From positions 16,926,001-16,990,000 of the forward strand of contig NC_086097.1 of the NCBI RefSeq assembly GCF_963921235.1: a stretch of DNA of 64,000 nt. The letters are read 5' to 3'. Shown here piece after piece: positions 1 to 12,407 of the stretch. Source of the stretch: Mobula hypostoma (taxonomy: Eukaryota). Every line of letters starts with the position of its first letter. Positions within the stretch are counted from its first letter, which is position 1. Made by a program: the position numbers and the translations under genes. A model generated the notes under the pieces. The model had not been told where the DNA came from and searched no databases. It saw only the letters and a list, made by a program, of their open reading frames with translations.

Positions 1-267
1 TCCTGATATTGTATCTAATGAAAAGTTAAATCTCTTGTGTGCCAGTGAACAACCTAGACCGCATTAGATTTTAGAACTATTACAACAAACATTTTTGACT
101 TAGTAAGGAATTGAGAATGAATTCTGATTAAATCTTAAGCAACCATTTTTGTTGAATAAAATATTAGCAAGCAAGCTCACAATAAGCATATTACAATATT
201 TCTTCTAAAAATGGTTTTGAAGAATTCATGAGAGTCATCATTTTACAGTGATATTTGTGCATTTTGA

Positions 268-822
268 TAGAATCAGAATCAAAATCAGGTTTAATATCAC
301 TGTCATATGTCTCGAAATGTGTTGTCTTGCACCAGCAGTACATTGCAATACATAATAATAACTATAAATTACAATAAGGAGTATATATAAAAAGGAGCAT
401 TAAATTAAATATGTCGTGCAAAAAGAGAGGGAAACATACTGAGGCTGTGTTCATGTGTTCATTATCCATTCAGAAATCTGATGGCCAAGGGGAAGTTGCT
501 GTTTCTGAAATGTTGAGTGTGTGTCTTTAGGGTCCTGCACATTATCCTTGACAGTAGCAGTGAGAAGAGGGCATGTCCTGGGTGATGGGGGTCCTTTTTA
601 AAGGCATTGTCTTTTGAAGATGTCCTGGATACTGTGGAGGCCAGTGTGCATGATGGAGCTGCCTAAATTTACAACTCTCCGCAGCCTTTTTACTGACCCT
701 CCATGCAGCTGGTGATGCAGCCAGTTAGAATGCACTCCACGGTACATCTGTAGAAATTTATGAGTGTCTTTGGTAGCATACCAGTTCTCCTCAAACTCCT
801 AATGAAACATAACTGCTGGCAT
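268..822 (-). mobile_element. Rex/Babar-type LINE 3' fragment (decayed)
   Basis: (AGAATC)n tail at ~269-288. The following sequence is clearly similar to copies at 51127-51800 and 55577-55890, and the 51 kb copy translates on minus to Rex-like C-terminal motifs (…RFRNSFFP…). Confidence 0.7.
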
Positions 823-987
823 TCCTTTCATCCTCAAAGGGGATCACGGATCCCCAGGTTCTCAGCATCACTGCAGGTACTGTTAGTAAAGACATATTCC
901 TCTCAGATAAAAATGGGCTAATATTTCAAGTATGGCGTAGACCAATAATGACTCCTAAAGCAACAAAATATTATCCTGTTACTGTAC

Positions 988-1290
988 AGGGTAGCACATA
1001 GTGTAGTGTAACACTTTTCAGCACCAGCTATAAGGTCAGGGTTCAACTCCTGCCTCTGTAAGGAGTCGGTATGTTCTCCTCATGACCACATGACTTTCTC
1101 TGGATGCTCCAGTTTCCTCCCACAGGCTCAAAAACATTAAGGTTAGGCTTGGTAAGTTGTGGGCGTGCTATGTTGGCACGGAAGCACGGTGAGGCTTGCG
1201 GGCTGCCCCACCCCCACCCCGACTCCTTTGGACTGTGTTGGTCATTGTCACAGAATATTTCCCTGAATGTACACGTGAAAAATAAAGCTA
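988..1290 (+). mobile_element. tRNA-derived SINE (V-SINE/HE1-like)
   Basis: B-box-like GGTTCAACTCC at ~1040, then a conserved core (CTGTAAGGAGT..GTATGTTCTCC…TTTCCTCCCACA) shared with 21755-21975, 36270-36505 and 59270-59562. Confidence 0.65.
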
Positions 1291-1494
1291 AATTTTACTC
1301 TTTAATTTGTGTGTTCTTCTTGTGGGTGCATTGCTGCCATCAGAAAAAGTAAGTTGTTGTGCATTCATGGATACTTCTTTGCATTGATCAGAGGAGCTGT
1401 CTAAATGAGGGCCTTCTTTTAAGCACGGGAATGACCTGAAGATTGGAAGTGTAGTAAAGTATGGTGATTAAGTGAACAAAGGGTGAGAATATAT

Positions 1495-2083
1495 TCAAGT
1501 TTTGCTACTTAGGAAGCTGGGTGACATCAGATGGCAGGTGCAACATGGACATCAAAAGAAGAATAGGGATGGCAAAAGACACCTTTACGAGAATGAAGAG
1601 TATACTGACCAATACTAAACTAGGCATGACAACCTGCCTCAGAGTAGTGAAATGTTACGTTTATCCAGTTATGTTATATGGCTCAGAATGTTGGACAATA
1701 TTTAGTAACATGAGGAAACGAATTGAAGCAACAGAGATGTGGTTTTTGAGGAGGATGCAAAGAATATCATGGACGAAACGACTATCTAATGAGGATGTCA
1801 TGAACAGAGCAAACACAAGAAGAGAAATCATAAAAAGGCAACGTAACTTCATTGGACATGTGATTAGGAAAGAGGAGTTAGAATGCACGGTAATTATGGG
1901 AAAGATTGAAGGGAAGAAAGCAAAAGGAAGGCAAAGACAAATGATGATGGAGACAGCAGCCAGAGCACTGGAAATGAATACCAATGAATTGATCGATTTG
2001 ACCCGAAACAGGAGTGTGTGGGCCATGGCAGTCAAAGCTCAAACTGGGCACGGCACCTGATGATGATGATGATGATGACGATG
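1495..2083 (+). mobile_element. RTE-clade LINE, 5'-truncated 3' end
   Basis: ORF 1521-2060 has RTE C-terminal motifs (FCYLGS, LYGSECWT, EMWFLRRM, GKIEGK..GR) followed by a (TGA)n tail at 2058-2083. Confidence 0.92.
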
Positions 2084-2712
2084 AAACTCTGTTGATTTGC
2101 TATCCTGGGACTAGCAGATTTTCAAGACTTTTAGATATGATTCCATTTGATGCCCAAACAATGTGCTATTTCACTTTACATTTAATGCAGTGCAATAAGT
2201 TTTACAGGGACCCAGTGAGTTTAAAGGGATGGGGAAATATACAGGAACTTTGGAACCCAGTTCCAGCTGCAAACCTTACTATGTTCCTAATTCCTATTTT
2301 TCCAGACAACCCCAGTCCCATATTCCCCAGCCTCAACGACAGAACCCGCTCACACTCTGGACCACTGACTCACATTCCACATTAGCAAGTGAGCCAGCAT
2401 CTGAGCAATCAGATTAGTAGAGTTTTACTATAAATAGGATGATGGAATGGGCAGACAGGTGCCAGACAGCAGTATATATAACCTAGCTGGTGAACCATGG
2501 TTGTTACCTTAAGGCTGTCATTTCATTCAGGATTGTGTCAAGTGACTAACTACTTTCTGAGTTGGAATAATACTTTGTAGTATTATCAAGCTCTGAAATA
2601 GGAATCCAAAGAAGTAGTGTAAAAGCAGGAGAAGATAGGGGCCAGATTGGGGATGAATAGATGGAAAGATTATTCGTCTTTTACTTGCTCTAGAGTGTGA
2701 GTCTTAAATTAA

Positions 2713-3018
2713 ATAGGCATCTGTTAGTCTCATGAGACTATGGATTTGCGCCTTGGAAAGTTTCCAGGGCGCAGGCCTGGGCAAGGTTGTATGGAAGACC
2801 GGCAGTTGCCCATGCTGTAAGTCTCCCCTCTCCACACCACCGATGTTGTCCAAGGGAAGGGCATTAGGACCCATACAGCTTGGCACCAGTGTTGTTGCAG
2901 AGCAATGTGTGGTTAAGTGCCTTGCTGAAGGACACACACGCTGCCTCAGCCAAGGCTCGAACTAGCCACCTTCAGATCACTAGACGAACGCCTTAACCAC
3001 TTGGTCACGTACCAACAC
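2713..3018 (-). mobile_element. tRNA-derived SINE (separate family)
   Basis: The minus strand begins GTGTTGGTACGTGACCAAGTGGTTAAGGCG (A box) … AGTTCGAGCC (B box), followed by ~230 nt unrelated to tRNA. No complete cloverleaf is evident. Confidence 0.75.
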
Positions 3019-3123
3019 AGTACTCACAGTGTGAGTAAGGTGGAAAATACTATAGATATCAACTGGTATTAAACTATTCATCACACCTTTAACTTGTGGC
3101 TAATTAAGAGCTACTCTACATTG

Positions 3124-3352
3124 GCTGGTGAATTTGTGGAATTTATTACCACAGGCAGCTGTGGAGGCCAGGTCACTGGGTGTACTTAAGGCAGAGCTTG
3201 GTAGGTTCTTGATTGGACATGGCACCAAAGGTCACAGGGAGAAGGCTGGCGGGGGTGGGGGGGAAGAATCAACTATGATTGAATGGTGGAGCAGACTCGA
3301 TGGGCCAAATGGCCTAATTCTGCTCCCATGTCTTATGGACTTATGGTCTTAT
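3124..3352 (+). mobile_element. CR1 LINE 3' end fragment
   Basis: VVNLWNLLPQAAVEA motif, and a 3' UTR GGGCCAAATGGCCTAATTCTGCTCC with a TCTTATGG tail. Confidence 0.85.
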
Positions 3353-3752
3353 GGCTTCCTCTATCTTTTAGAATAGATCTTAAAGTTCTCTTACTAGTTT
3401 TTAAAGCACTCAATGATCTAGGACTGAAGTACATCATAGAATCACTTTCATTTTATAATCCTGCTCGAGCTCTCATATCTTCTTTCACCATTCTCTTAAA
3501 CTTAAACAATCTCCCTCAAAAGAAAATTGGAGGGTCAGCTTTTATAAACTACACTCCCAGGCTGTGGAACTCAATACCTAAAACTATATGGGATGCAGAC
3601 TCAGCTGACACTTTTAAATGCCAGCTCAAAGTCTATTTATTTAACTTTGCTTTAAACTAACATCTTTTTTGTCTTTTATTTTTTATGTTTGCACTTTATT
3701 TTATTGTAAAGCACTTAGAACAATATTGTATGAAACGTTTTTATTATTATTA
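3350..3752 (+). mobile_element. L2 LINE 3' fragment
   Basis: WLPLSFRIDLKVLLLVFKALN…PRLWNSIP…FKCQLKVYLF, followed by TGTAAAGCACTT and a (TTA)n tail. Confidence 0.85.
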
Positions 3753-4479
3753 TCTTGTGAGAAAGTATTAAACACCTGTCACAGAAGTGAAATTTATATT
3801 TCCTGAGGTATGTTTTATTAGTGAGATCCAGGTGGTCAGGAGGAATTGGTCAGAGGGAAAATTGAGGCCAGGAATTTTGATGCATGGAGAACTCAAGTAT
3901 GCAGATATCAAGATAATATCCAGTACCTAACTGGTTAAATGTGAGATAGACCTCATCTGGTTTTAGTTATTACAATTCTTGGAACAAAAGCTTCCCTCTC
4001 TCATCACTTATTATGGTGTTAATTTGTGAAAGGAGAAGTTACCATTTTGTGAAAGTGATGTAAAACTGTGCTGAGTTGGAATGAGGTGAGAGAGGGAAGA
4101 TACAGAGGGAAAGAAACCCATTTCCTATGGAAAATAGGTTGAATGGGAAAATGGAGAAAGAATTATAGGGTAATCCTAGGGTGAAAGAAAAGTATGAAGC
4201 AATGAGAGAATTAAAGGCAAGGGTGGAACAAAGCACATAACTCTGATTTGTTCCCTTTAGTCTCCTTTGTTTGTTGGTGGTTTGGCACAGATCACTCAAG
4301 TACCTGGTGGAACTCAGTCCACAAGCTCTTGCTTCATGTGAATGTGGAAATCAAGTCATTGGGAGCGGTGGGGAGGAAGAATGCAAGGGATGTTGGAAAC
4401 GCTTTACAACTGGAAGAGATTGACATCCCTCATCCTGATGTACACGACATTCCTACAAGGTCAAAATTTAATCAAAAGC

Positions 4480-4578
4480 AGCACACACACAACGCTGGAG
4501 GAACTCAGCAAGTCAGGCAGCATCTATGGAAAGGAGTAAATAGTTGATGTTTCGGACCGAGGTCCTTCATCAGGATTG
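4480..4578 (-). mobile_element. Penelope-like terminal repeat fragment with hammerhead-like core
   Basis: The minus strand reads CCTGATGAAGGACCTCGGTCCGAAACATC…CATAGATGCTGCCTGACTTGCTGAGTTCCTCCAGC, homologous to the Penelope 3' end at 26123-26250. Confidence 0.75.
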
Positions 4579-5304
4579 AGAAATTTAGTCAATCTTGTAG
4601 TGGAGAATCATTACCAATTGAATAAATTGGTCTAGATATACTAATAACTGGCTAATTTATCAATACCCTCCAATTTTAATCTAATTGTAAAACGTTTCAA
4701 CATTGCAATGGGAAAGAGTTAAATATAAATCACAGTGCCTCAAGAGAGTTTTGTCTTTAATTGGCAATATCCAGCCTAAAACATTTCTGTTTATTCATTG
4801 ACAGGATGTGAATACTGCTGGAAACAGCTGAAAGTATTATCCAACTCAACTTGTCCCTGAATTAAAGAGGCAGTTAAGCTTCAACTAAGGTTCATAAATT
4901 ATGGGAGACATTGCTAGGGAAGATAGGATCTTTTCCTCATGGTAGGAGTATCAACAATAAGACTATATAGGTCTAAGGTGAGTGATTTCAGGGGAAAAGT
5001 TGTTCTTAAACAGAATGGTTAATATCTGGAACTCACGGCAGATGAGGTGGTGGAATCAGATTCAAATTTATTTATTACATGTTTACATGTAGTGAAAAGC
5101 ATGTAAACATGTTAGGTAACAACTAATTCACTTCACAATGTGTTGAGGACAGCCTGCAAGTGTCACCATACATTCTGCTGCCAAATTCAGTCAAATACAA
5201 CCACTGTTTAGACAGACACTTTAAAGAAACAAGGCATATAAGGATATAGACCTAATGTGGGCAAATGGGATTAATGTAGATGGGCAAAATGGCTGGTATG
5301 GATA

Positions 5305-5435
5305 ATGGTGAAGGGTCTTGGCCTGAAACACCTACTGGTTGTTCCTCTCCATAGATGCTGCCCGACCTGCTGAGTTCCTCCAGCGTTTTGTATGTGTTGC
5401 TCTGGATTTCCAGCACCTGCAGAATCTCTTGTGTT
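5305..5435 (+). mobile_element. Penelope-like terminal repeat fragment
   Basis: GTGAAGGGTCTTGGCCTGAAACA…CATAGATGCTGCCCGACCTGCTGAGTTCCTCCAGC…TTCCAGCACCTGCAGA matches 26125-26250. Confidence 0.75.
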
Positions 5436-5929
5436 TATGTCATGGACAATGGTGGGCTGAGAGGTCTGTTCTGTGTTATAGTCCATGAAATTTAGTGGTT
5501 CTGGAGCCAAATTAGCTTTTTACAAGAACTTTTATTACTTGGAGATGCAAAAGACTGCAGATGCTGGAATCCGGAGCAATAAGCAATTCGCTGAAGGAAC
5601 TTAATGGGTCAAATAGCATATGTAGGGGTGGAGGAATAATTTATGGCAAACCAATTATATCATTCTTACCATCTGAGCCTAATTTTTGTCCCAGATTTAT
5701 TTAACTGAAATTAAATCTCCTAACTACCATGGTGAACTTGTGGTATGGCGATGTTCTGGATCACTGGGTCAGAATATTGCCATACACCAGACACATCAGT
5801 ATCTGGATGTTTGATATTAAAAGCTGGATTCCCCACCTGACCCCCTCCCATCACACTAATCCTTTGAGGAGAGGGAGAGAAGACAGAACATTTATTTTAC
5901 ACATGTCTAAAGAATATGGTAACATCTCC

Positions 5930-7318
5930 GTAAGACCATAGAGCATAAGATATAGGAGCAGAAGTAGGCCATTTGGCCCATCGAGACTGCTCCACCATTC
6001 AATCATGGGCTGATACAATTCTTCCAGTCATCCCCACTCACCCCATACCCTTTGATGCCTTGGCTGATCAAGAACCTATCTATCTCTACCTTAAATACAG
6101 TACACCCAATGACTTGGCCTCCACAGCTGCTCATGGCAACAAATTCCACGGATTTACCACACTCAGACTAAAGTAATTTCTCCGCATCTCAGTTCTAAAA
6201 GGACGTCCTTTAATCCTGAAGTCGTGCCCTTTTGTTCTACAATCCCCTACCATGGGAAATAACTTCACCATATCTAATCTGTTCAGGTCTTTTAACATTT
6301 GGAATGTTTCTATGAGATCCCCCCCATCGTTCTCCTGAACTCCAGGGAATACAGTCCAAGAGCTGCCAGACGTTCTTCATACGGTAACCCTTTCATCCCT
6401 GGAATCATTCTTGTGAATCTTCTCTGAAACCTCTCCAATGTCAGTATATCCTTTCTAAAATAAGGAGCCCAAAACTGCACACAATACTCCAAGTGTGATC
6501 TCACGAGTGCCTTATAGAGCCTCAACATCACATCCCTGCTCTTATATTCTAAACCTCTAGAAATGAATTCCAACATTGCATTGGCCTTCTTCACCACTGG
6601 CTCAACCTGGAGGTTAACCTTTAGGGTATCCTGCACAAGGACTCCGAAGTCCCTTTGCATCTCTGCATTTTGAATTCTCTCCCCATCTAAATAGTAGTCT
6701 GCTCGTTTATTTCTTCCACCAAAGTGCATGACCATATACTTTCCAACATTGTATTTCATTTACCACTTCTTTGCCCGCTCCCCTAAACTATTTAAGTCTC
6801 TCTGCAGACTCTCTGTTTTCTCAACACTACCCACTCCTCCACCTATCTTTGTATCATTGGCAAAATTAGCCACAAATTCATTAATACTGTAGTCCAAATC
6901 ATTGACGTACATCGTAAAAAGAAGCGGTCCCAACACAGACCCCTATGGAACTCCAGTGGTAACCAGTAGCCAGCCAGAATAGGATCCCTTTATTCCCACT
7001 CTCTGTTTTCTGCCAATCAGCCAATGCTCCACCCATGCTAGTAACTTCCCTGTAATTCCATGGGTTCTTATCTTGCTAAGCAGCCTCGTGTGCGGCACCT
7101 TGTCAAAGCCTACTGAAAATCCAAGTGCACTACGTCTACTACACCTCCTTTGTGTACCCTGCTTGTAATTTCCTCAAAGAATTGCAGTAGATTTTTCAGG
7201 CAGGATTTTCCTTTCAGGAAACCATGCTGGCTTTGACCTATCTTGTCATGTGCCTCCAGGTATTCCGTAATCTCATCCCTAACAATCAATTCCAACAACT
7301 TCCCAACCACTGATGTCA
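5930..7318 (-). mobile_element. CR1 LINE, 5'-truncated RT fragment
   Basis: ORFs 7110-7319 (SQHGFLKGKSCL, DVVHLDFQ) and 6310-6759 (LVRSHLEYCVQFWAP). 3' UTR and tail at ~5930-5990. Contains stops. Confidence 0.93.
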
Positions 7319-8950
7319 TACTTCTCAGAATTTTTCAAATGTCTTCACATTCAGTGAAGTCCTTTAAAATTCAGATCTGTTAGTATGCAAACAAATATTG
7401 ACTTTATCTGCATTCACTGAGGTTCTATCACATCAATAAGATAAATAATAATTGCTGGGGTGAGATTAGATTAAAAATTCTGTTTGCTATCAATTAGCAT
7501 GCAGCTAAACCAGTAGACGGACCCTCCATTCAGTGGTGCAACAACATTACTCAGTAACAGACAGGCATATCATCCTCGATTAGAAACTAAAGTGAAACTA
7601 CTGACCATGCTTAACATTTGACTTCTATTACTTTAACAATGAAATGATGAGAGTAAGTTGCTTCCACTGGGAAGGAATTTATTAAAACTATTGATTATAG
7701 GATTTAGGAACAGTGACATTTTCAGAGCTTTATGCGTAGAGTCATAGATCAATAGGGTCATACAGCACACAAGCAGGCCACATCACTCAATAGTCTGAAC
7801 TATTAATATGCTTGGTCCCATTGACCTGCACACCCTCGCATCAACATCTCTATCCAAATTTCTCTTAAATGTTGAAATTGAAACCACACCCACCGCTGCC
7901 ACTGGCAGCTCATTCCACACTTTCACTACCTTCTAAGTGAAGAAGTTCCCCCTCATGTTCTCCTTAATCATTTCACCTTTTACCCTTAACCCATGACCTC
8001 TGGTTGTAGTTTCACCCAATCTCAGTGGAAAAAGCTTGCTTGCATTCTATACCCTTCATGATTTTTTTATGCCTCTATCAAATCTTCCCTCAGTCTTCTT
8101 TGTTCTAGGGAATAAAGTCATAACTTATTCAAACTTTCCCCGTAATTCAGGTCCTCAAGTCCTGGCAACATCCTTATGAATTTTTTCTGCGCTCTTTCAA
8201 TCTTATTTACAATTTCCTTTAGGTAGGTGACCAAATCTGCACCAAATTAGGCCTCACCAATATCATACAATTTCAAAATCATATCCCAACTCTTGTACAC
8301 AATACATTAATTTATGAAGGCCAATGCGCCAAAATCTTTCTTCACGACCCTACTTACCTGTGATGCCACTTTTAAGGAGTTATGGACCTGTATTCCCAGA
8401 TCCTTCTGCTCTATCCAGGTTGGTTCTCCCAAAGTACAACACCTTGTACTTTTCTGCATTAAATTCCATTTGCCATTTTTCAGCCCATTTTTCCAGCTGG
8501 TCCAGATCCCACTGCAAGCTTTAATGGTCATTCTTGCTGTCCATTCCTCCCCCAATCTTGGTGCAATCCACAAATTTGATGATCCAGTTAACCACATTAT
8601 CATCCAGGTCATTGATGTAGATGACAAACAACAATGGACCCAGTCACAGGCCTCCAGTCAGAGAGGCAATCATGTTCTGCTTCTCCAGCCAAGCCAACGT
8701 CTAATCCAATTTACTACCTCAGCTTCAATGCCAGGTGACTGAACCTTCTTGACCAACCTCCTGTGCAGGACACTGCCAAAGGCTTTGCTAAAGTCTTTGC
8801 TAAACTTACACTGCCTTAGCTTCATCCCTTTTCCTGAAAACTTACTTGAAAAACTCTAGAAGATTGGTTAGACATGACATACCATGCACAAAGTCATATT
8901 GACTAATCAGTCCCTGTCTATCCAAATACTTATATATCCAGTCCCTTAAA

Positions 8951-9182
8951 CAGTGGTCCCCAACCACCAGGCCACGGACCGGTACTGGGCTGCAAAGCAT
9001 GTGCTACCGGGCCGAGAGGAAATGATATGATTTGGCGATATGAAACAATATGAGTCAGTTGCACCTTTCCTCATTCCCTGTCACGCACTGTTGAACTTGA
9101 ATGCTCAACCCCATCGACTGGTCTGCAAGAATATTGTCAATATTAAACCGGTCCGCGGTGAAAAAAAGGTTGGGGACCCCTG
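8951..9182. mobile_element. hAT/Charlie-type MITE (MER1-like ends)
   Basis: 15-bp TIRs CAGTGGTCCCCAACC / GGTTGGGGACCCCTG (1 mismatch). Flanks CCTTAAA / CCTTAGA. Splits the CR1 reading frame. Confidence 0.88.
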
Positions 9183-9485
9183 CCTTAGAATACCTTCCAT
9201 TAACTTTCCCACTGTTGATGTCAGGTTCACCTGCCTATAATTTTCTTGCTTATTCTCAGAGCCCTTCTTAAGCAACAGAGCAAAACTGGGTATCCTCCAA
9301 ACCTTTGGCACCTCACCCGTGGCTAAGCCTGGTGTAAATATCTCTGCTAGAATTCCTGCAATTTCTGTACTTGCTTCTCACAGGGTCTGAGGGAGCACAT
9401 TGTCAGGCCCTGGGGTTTTATCTACCCTAATTTACCTCAAGACAGCAAAATCTCCTCCTCTGTAATCTGTACAGGGTCCATGAGT

Positions 9486-9992
9486 TAGTCATAGTCATAG
9501 TCATACTTTATTAATCCTGGGGGAAATTGGTTTTCGTTACAGTTGCTCCATAAATAATGAATAGTAATAGAACCATAAATAGTTAAATAGTAATATGTAA
9601 ATTATGCCAGTAAATTATGAAATAAGTCCAGGACCAGCCTATTGGCTCAGGATGTCTGACCCTCCAAGGGAGGAGTTGTAAAGTTTGATGGCCACAGGCA
9701 GGGATGACTTCCTATGACGCTCAGTGCTGCATCTCAGTGGAATGAGTCTCTGGCTGAATGTACTCCTGTGCCCAACCAGTACATTATGTAGTGGATGGGA
9801 GACATTGACCAAGATGGCATGCAACTTGGACAGCATCCTCTTTTCAGACACCACCATCAGAGAGTCCAGTTCCATCCCCACAACATCACTGGCCTTACGA
9901 ATGAGTTTGTTGATTCTGTTTGTGTCTGTCACCCTCAGCCTGCTGCCCCAGCACACAACAGCAAACATGATAGCACTGGCCACCACAGACTC
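9486..9992 (-). mobile_element. Rex1/Babar LINE 3' fragment nested in CR1
   Basis: ORF 9639-10049 contains SVVASAIMFAVVCWGS…NKLIRKAS…HPLH…AIKLYN. (TAGTCA)n tail at 9486-9503. Confidence 0.88.
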
Positions 9993-10861
9993 GTGCCCTT
10001 TTGCAAAGTTGATATGGCTTTGCCTCACTTTTATAGACTTTATCTCCATCTCCTGAGTAAATACAGATGCAAAACAAATTTAAGATCTCCGTTATCTGTT
10101 TTGGCTCCACACATGGATTCTGATCTTCCGGAGGACTAATTTTGTCTCTTGCAATCCTGATGCTCTTAGCATATCTGTAGAATCCCTTAGGATTCTCCTT
10201 CACCTTGTCTGTTAGGGTAAACTCATGCCTTCTTTTAGCCCTGCTGATTTCACTCTTAAGTGTTCTCTTGCACTTCTTACATTCCACAAGGACCTCATTT
10301 GTTCCTACCTGCCTATACCTGCTATGCACCTTCCTTTTTCTTAACAAGGGCCTTGATGTCTCTTGAAAACCAAGGTTTCCTAATTGTGTTATCTTTACCT
10401 TTTATTCTGATAGGGTCATACCAGCTTTGCCAGAAAACAGCCTGTCCTAATCCACACTTACCAGATACCATCAAAATTGGCCTTTCTCCAATTTAGAATC
10501 TCCACCTAGTGACTAGGCCTATCTTTTTCCATAATTACCTTGAAACTAATGGCATTGTGATCATGAGATGCAAAGTATTCCCCTACATAAACCTCTGTCA
10601 ACTGCCTTGTCTCTTTCCAACATAGCAGATCAAGTATCACACACTCTCTAGTTGGGACTTCTATGTACTAATTAAGGAAACTTTCCTGAATACATTTGAC
10701 AGACAATTTCCCACAGAACATTTTTACAGTATGCGAGACCCAGTCGATATGTGAAAAATTAAAATCATCTACTATCATTAACTGCACCAATCTGTAATCT
10801 CTCTAGAAATTTGCTCCTCTAAATCCCATAGACTTTTGGGTGGTCTATAATATTCCCATTT

Positions 10862-11350
10862 TTACAGATGGTCCAGATCCTGCTGCAAGCTTTGATAGCC
10901 TTCCTCCCTGTCCACTATGCCGCAAAAGTTTGGTGTCATCCACCAATTTTCTGATCCAGTTTACTACATTATCATCCAGATCATTGATATAGATGACAAA
11001 CAACAATGGACCCAGCACCAATCCCTGATTCTACTACCACTCTAGCTCCTTTCGCAAAGCCAATGTCTAACCCAATCATCCTGAATTCTAGGCAACTGAA
11101 CATTCTTGACCAACCTCCCTTGCTGGACTTTGTCAAAAGTCTTGCTAAAGTCCATGTAGAAAGCATCTAACCCAATTTCCCTCGGGATCAATAAAGTATG
11201 TCTATCTATCTATCTGTCATCAACTTTCATGGTAACTTCCTCAAAAAACTCTATAAGGCTGGTTACACATGACCTACCATGTAAAAAGCCATGTTGACAA
11301 TTCAGTCCCAGTCTATCCAAATACTAATATATCTGCTCATTTAGAATATA
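10862..11350 (-). mobile_element. CR1 RT fragment (decayed)
   Basis: Parallels 8500-8940. The minus strand encodes MDFSKTFDK and FVIYIND-like RT motifs. Confidence 0.7.
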
Positions 11351-11419
11351 TTCCAGAGATTAATAATAGGAAACCTTGGCTAATAGGAAAATATGACTGT
11401 CTTCATCACACATATGTCC

Positions 11420-12316
11420 AGCAAAGTTATGGAGAAGATGTGGGAGAAAGGTGAATATTGAACACCGTGGCACTATCCTCCCCACCCTCAAGGACATCTT
11501 CAAAAGTCGATGCCTCAAAAAGGTATCCAGCATTAAGGACCTCCGCCACCCAAAGCATGCCCTCTTCTCATTACTACCATCAGGTACAGGAGCCTGAAGA
11601 AACACACTCAATATTTTAGGAACAACTTCTTCCTGTCTGCCATCAGAGTTCTGAATGGACAATGAACCCATGAAAACTCCCTCACTATTCTTGCTCTCTT
11701 TCCACATTATTTATTTCACTTCATATATACGAGGGGTGATTGATAAGTTTGTGGCCCAAGGTAGAAGGAGTCTATTTCAGAAAACCTGGCACATTTATTT
11801 TTCAACATAGTCCCCTCTTACATTTACACACTTAATCTAGCAGTCGTGGAGCATACGGACCTTGGACCTCCAGAAAGTGTCCACAGCAGGGGTGATTAAT
11901 AAGCTTGTGGCCCAAGGTAGAAGGAGATGAGTTAAACGGCTCTTGTTACATGCACATGCAGTTCAGCTCTTTGAGTGATTATGCAGAAAGTTTGAAGTTA
12001 ATAACTCATTTTCTTCTACCTTAGGACACGAACTTATCAATCACCCTGCTGTGGGCACTTTCTGGAGGTCCAAGATCCGTATGCTCCACGACCGCTGGAC
12101 TAAGTGTGTAAATGTAGGAGGGACTATGTTGAAAAATAAATGTGCTAGGTTTTCTAAAATTGACTCCTTCTACCTTAGGCCATGAACTTACCAATCACCC
12201 CATATATAAGATTATATTTTATAGTAAATTTTATGTACAGAACTGTACAGCTGCCCGTAAAACATCCAATTTCACGACATAGGTCACTGATAATAAAACT
12301 GATTGTGATTCTGACA
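11420..12316 (+). mobile_element. Rex-type LINE 3' fragment split by a mariner MITE
   Basis: Reverse-orientation homologue of 51127-51500. The 3' end (AATAAAACTGATTGTGATTCTGA) resumes after 12206. Confidence 0.7.
11730..12204. mobile_element. mariner-derived MITE with ~205-bp inverted arms
   Basis: TA|CGAGGGGTGATTGATAAGTT… at the left end and …AACTTACCAATCACCCCATA|TA at the right. Arms 11730-11934 and ~12002-12204 are inverted copies. Confidence 0.9.
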
Positions 12317-12407
12317 AAGTTTCAGATCATACTTCATAAGAATCTCTTTAAACACATTGTTTGAAAATGGTAAATAAGTCAACAATTGGAAGGTGTCACT
12401 ATATAAG

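Larger units (their letters stand above)
7740..10860 (-). mobile_element. Decayed CR1 LINE interrupted by a hAT MITE and a Rex fragment
   Basis: CR1 ORF2 pieces in collinear order: EQKDLGIQVHNSLKVASQV (8307-8627), ENYRQVNLTSTVGKL (9105-9311), KVKENPKGFYRY (9895-10347). Confidence 0.85.

Noticed and set aside
2945..3018. tRNA gene on the minus strand
   Set aside because: A and B boxes are present, but there is no convincing acceptor stem and it continues into a SINE-like body.
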